A stretch of DNA of 64,000 bases from the human T2T-CHM13v2.0 reference genome, Homo sapiens. The DNA lies in NCBI RefSeq assembly GCF_009914755.1, contig NC_060940.1, one strand, 5' to 3'. The notes under the pieces were generated by a model, which saw nothing but the letters and a program-made list of their open reading frames with translations, was not told the DNA's origin and did no database searches. Below are positions 60,921 through 64,000 of this stretch, one piece after another. A program made the translations under genes and the position numbers. Positions within the stretch are counted from its first letter, which is position 1. Each line of letters starts with the position of its first letter.

Positions 60921-62348
60921 TGATTCCATTCGAGTCCATTCGATGATTCCATTCAGTTCCATTCGATGATGATTCCTTTCGAGACCATATGATGATTCCA
61001 TTTGATTTCATTCGATGATGATTCCATTCGATTCCATTCGATGATTCCATTCTATTCCATTCGATGATGATTCCATTCGAGTCCATTTAATGATTCCATT
61101 GGGTTCAATTCAATGATGATTACATTGGATTCTCTTCTATGATACCATTCAATTCCGTTCATTGACAATTTGATTCCATTCGATGATGATTCCATTTGAG
61201 TTCATTCGATGATTCTATTCGATTCTCTTCGATGGTGATTCAATTCTATTATATTGGATGATTCCATTCGATTCCATTTGATGTTGATTCAATTCGATTC
61301 TATTCGATGATGATTCCATTGGATTTCATTTGATGATTCTATTCGATTCCATTCAATGATGATTCACTTCTCGTCCATTGGATGATTCCATTTCATTCCA
61401 TTCGATGATGATTCCATTCGATTCCATTCGATGATTCCATTTGATTCCATTCGACGGTGAGCAATTCGATTCAATTCCATGATGATTCTATTTGATTCAG
61501 TTAGATGATGTTTCCATTCGAATCCATTCCATGATTATTCCATTGGAATCCATTCGGCGATGATTCCATATGAGTCAATTCAATGATGCTTCCATATGGG
61601 TCAGTTCGATGATAATTCCATTTGATTTCATTCGATGCTTCTATTCAATTCCAGTCGATGATGATTCCGTTGGAGTCCATACGATGACTCCATTTGATTT
61701 CATTTGATGATGATTCCATTCGATTCCATTCGATGACTCCATTCTGTTCCATTCGATGATGATTCCATTCGAGTCCATTCGATGATTCCATTCGAGTCCA
61801 TTTCATGATTCCATTGGGTTCAATTCGATGATGATTACACTGGATTCCATTCTATGATTCCATTCAATTCCATTCGTTGATGATTCGATTCCATTCAATG
61901 ATGATTCCATTTGAGTTCATTCGATGATTCTATTCGATTCCGTTCGATGGTGATTCAATTCTATTATATTGGATGATTCCATTCGATTCCATTTGATGAT
62001 GATTCCATTCGATTCCATTCGATGATGATTCCATTTGATTCCATTTGATGTTGATTCTATTCGATTCTATTCAATGATGATTCCATTCGATTTCATTTGA
62101 TGATTCTATTCGATTCCTTTCGATGATTCTATTCCATTCCATTCGATGATGATTCAATTCTCTTCCATTGGATGATTCCATTTTATTCCATTCGACGATG
62201 ACTCCATTTGATTCCATTCAATGATGATTCCATTCGATTCCATTCGGTGATTCCATTTGATTCCATTCGACGGTGAGCAATTTGATTCAATTCCATAATG
62301 ATTCTATTTGATTCAATTAGATGATGTTTCCATTCGAATCCATTCGGT

Positions 62349-64000
62349 GATGATTCCATTGGTATCCATTCGACGATGATTCCATATGAGTCAATTCGAT
62401 GATGATTCCATACGAGTCCGTTGGATGATAATTCCATTTGATTTCATTCAATCCTTCTATTCGATTCCATTTGATGATGATTCCATCTGAATCCATTCTC
62501 CGATTCCATTCGATTTCATTCGATGCTTCTATTTGATTTCATTCGAAGATGATTCCTTTCAATTCCGTTCATTAATTCCATTTGATTCCATTCGATGATG
62601 ATTCCATCCGATTCCATTGGATGATGATTCCATTCGAGTCCATTCGATGATTCCGTTCTAATCCATTCTATGATTCCATTCGAGTCCATTCGATGATTCC
62701 ATTCGATTCCATTCAGTGATGATTCCATTTGATTCCATCTGATGATGATTTCATTTGATTCCATTCGATGATGATTCCATTGGAGTCCATTGAATGATTC
62801 AATTCAATTCCATTCCATGTGGATTCCATTCGAATTCATTCGATTATTCCATTCAAATCCCTTCGTTGATTCCATCTGATTCCACTTGACGATGATTCCA
62901 TTCAAGTCCAATCGATGATTCCATTCGGTTCCATTCAATGATTCCATTCGAGTCCATTTATGTATTATATTCGTGTCCACTTGATGACTCCATTCAATTC
63001 CATTTAATGATGATTCCATTTGATTCCATTTGATGATTCAGTTCGATTCCTTACAATGATTCCCTACGATTCCTTTCTATGATGATTCCATTCGATTCCA
63101 TTCATTGATGATTCCATTCGACTCCATTCAATGATGATTCCTTTCGATTCCATTTGACGATGTTTCCATTTGAGTCCATTCGATGATGATTCCATTGGTA
63201 TCCATTCGACGATGATTCCATATGAGTCAATTCGATGATGATTCCATACGAGTCCGTTGGATGATAATTCCATTTGATTTCATTCAATCCTTCTATTCGA
63301 TTCCATTTGATGATGATTCCATCTGAATCCATTCTCCGATTCCATTCGATTTCATTCGATGCTTCTATTTGATTTCATTCGAAGATGATTCCTTTCAATT
63401 CCATTCATTAATTCCATTTGATTCCATTCGATGATGATTCCATCCGATTCCATTGGATGATGATTCCACTCGAGTCCATTCGATGATTCCGTTCTAATCC
63501 ATTCTATGATTCCATTCGAGTCCATTCGATGATTCCATTCGATTCCATTCAGTGATGATTCCATTTGATTCCATCTGATGATGATTTCATTTGATTCCAT
63601 TCGATGATGATTCCATTGGAGTCCATTGAATGATTCAATTCAATTCCATTCCATGTGGATTCCATTCGAATTCATTCGATTATTCCATTCAAATCCCTTC
63701 GTTGATTCCATCTGATTCCACTTGACGATGATTCCATTCAAGTCCAATCGATGATTCCATTCGGTTCCATTCAATGATTCCATTCGAGTCCATTTATGTA
63801 TTATATTCGTGTCCACTTGATGACTCACTCCATTCAATTCCATTTAATGATGATTCCATTTGATTCCATTTGATGATTCAGTTCGATTCCTTACAATGAT
63901 TCCCTACGATTCCTTTCTATGATGATTCCATTCGATTCCATTCATTGATGATTCCATTCGACTCCATTCGATGATGATTCCTTTCGATTCCATTTGACGA
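62349..64000 (+). repeat. Recent 836-bp tandem duplication (second copy truncated by the window end)
   Basis: GGTATCCATTCGACG at 62361 and 63197; identical ORFs 62516..62764 and 63352..63600 at +836. Confidence 0.92.

Larger units (their letters stand above)
1..64000 (+). repeat. Human satellite 2 (HSat2/HSATII) pericentromeric tandem array, probably HSat2B (chr16q11.2-type)
   Basis: Continuous degenerate CATTC-derived sequence with the HSat2 signature ATTCCATTCG + A(G/T)TCCATTCG + (ATG)1-2, i.e. 23/26-bp monomers rich in TCGA and GANTC, rather than the pure (CATTC)n runs of HSat3. Orientation is the same throughout. The subfamily and chromosome call rests on my recollection of a ~6.1-kb period for chr16 HSat2B and is less certain than the family call. 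Confidence 0.97.
53739..64000 (+). repeat. Long (>10.2 kb, incomplete) unit: canonical sequence plus modules Y, Z and the start of X
   Basis: Collinear with the canonical unit to about 58910, resumes at about 60920-61975, then continues into non-canonical HSat2. The landmark does not recur before 64000. Confidence 0.85.

Noticed and set aside
528-63843. About 130 short ORFs in the supplied track as protein-coding genes
   Set aside because: They are low-complexity translations of the satellite, overlap in multiple frames, recur with the repeat period, and are freely broken by frameshifts and stops between copies. No recognisable domain or codon-level constraint.
1-64000. CRISPR-like array or other repeat-spacer system
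   Set aside because: There is no invariant repeat alternating with unique spacers, all sequence is monomer-derived, and there are no associated genes.
1-64000. HSat3, alpha satellite or telomeric identity; strand inversion
   Set aside because: No long pure (CATTC)n runs, no 171-bp monomer, no TTAGGG tracts, and no switch to GAATG-dominated sequence on the + strand.

Overview
The whole 64 kb is one uninterrupted, single-orientation array of human (hominid) classical satellite 2 (HSat2/HSATII, CATTC strand on +). It is built from diverged 23/26-bp monomers (ATTCCATTCG-A[T/G]TCCATTCG-ATG[ATG]) organised into a 6,112-bp higher-order unit. That period matches what I recall for the chromosome 16 pericentromeric HSat2B array; the assignment is from memory and unverified. 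I see no genes, RNA genes, transposons, CRISPR arrays or inversions, and every ORF in the track is a by-product of the satellite. I found no new gene system. The information is in the array architecture. The landmark TTATTCCATTGGAGTCCACTTAGTG recurs at 3069, 9279, 15391, 21503, 27641, 33704, 37834, 43466, 49676 and 53739 (spacings 6210, 6112, 6112, 6138, 6063, 4130, 5632, 6210, 4063, then more than 10.2 kb). Extra satellite modules near the 3' end suggest the 6.1-kb unit is a deletion derivative of a roughly 11-kb ancestral unit. The window also shows haplotype-sharing blocks at 12.25-kb and 40.4-kb offsets, a recent 836-bp tandem duplication, and a DUX4-consensus motif at a fixed position in each unit. 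All coordinates were aligned by eye, so junctions are approximate to about 10-30 bp.
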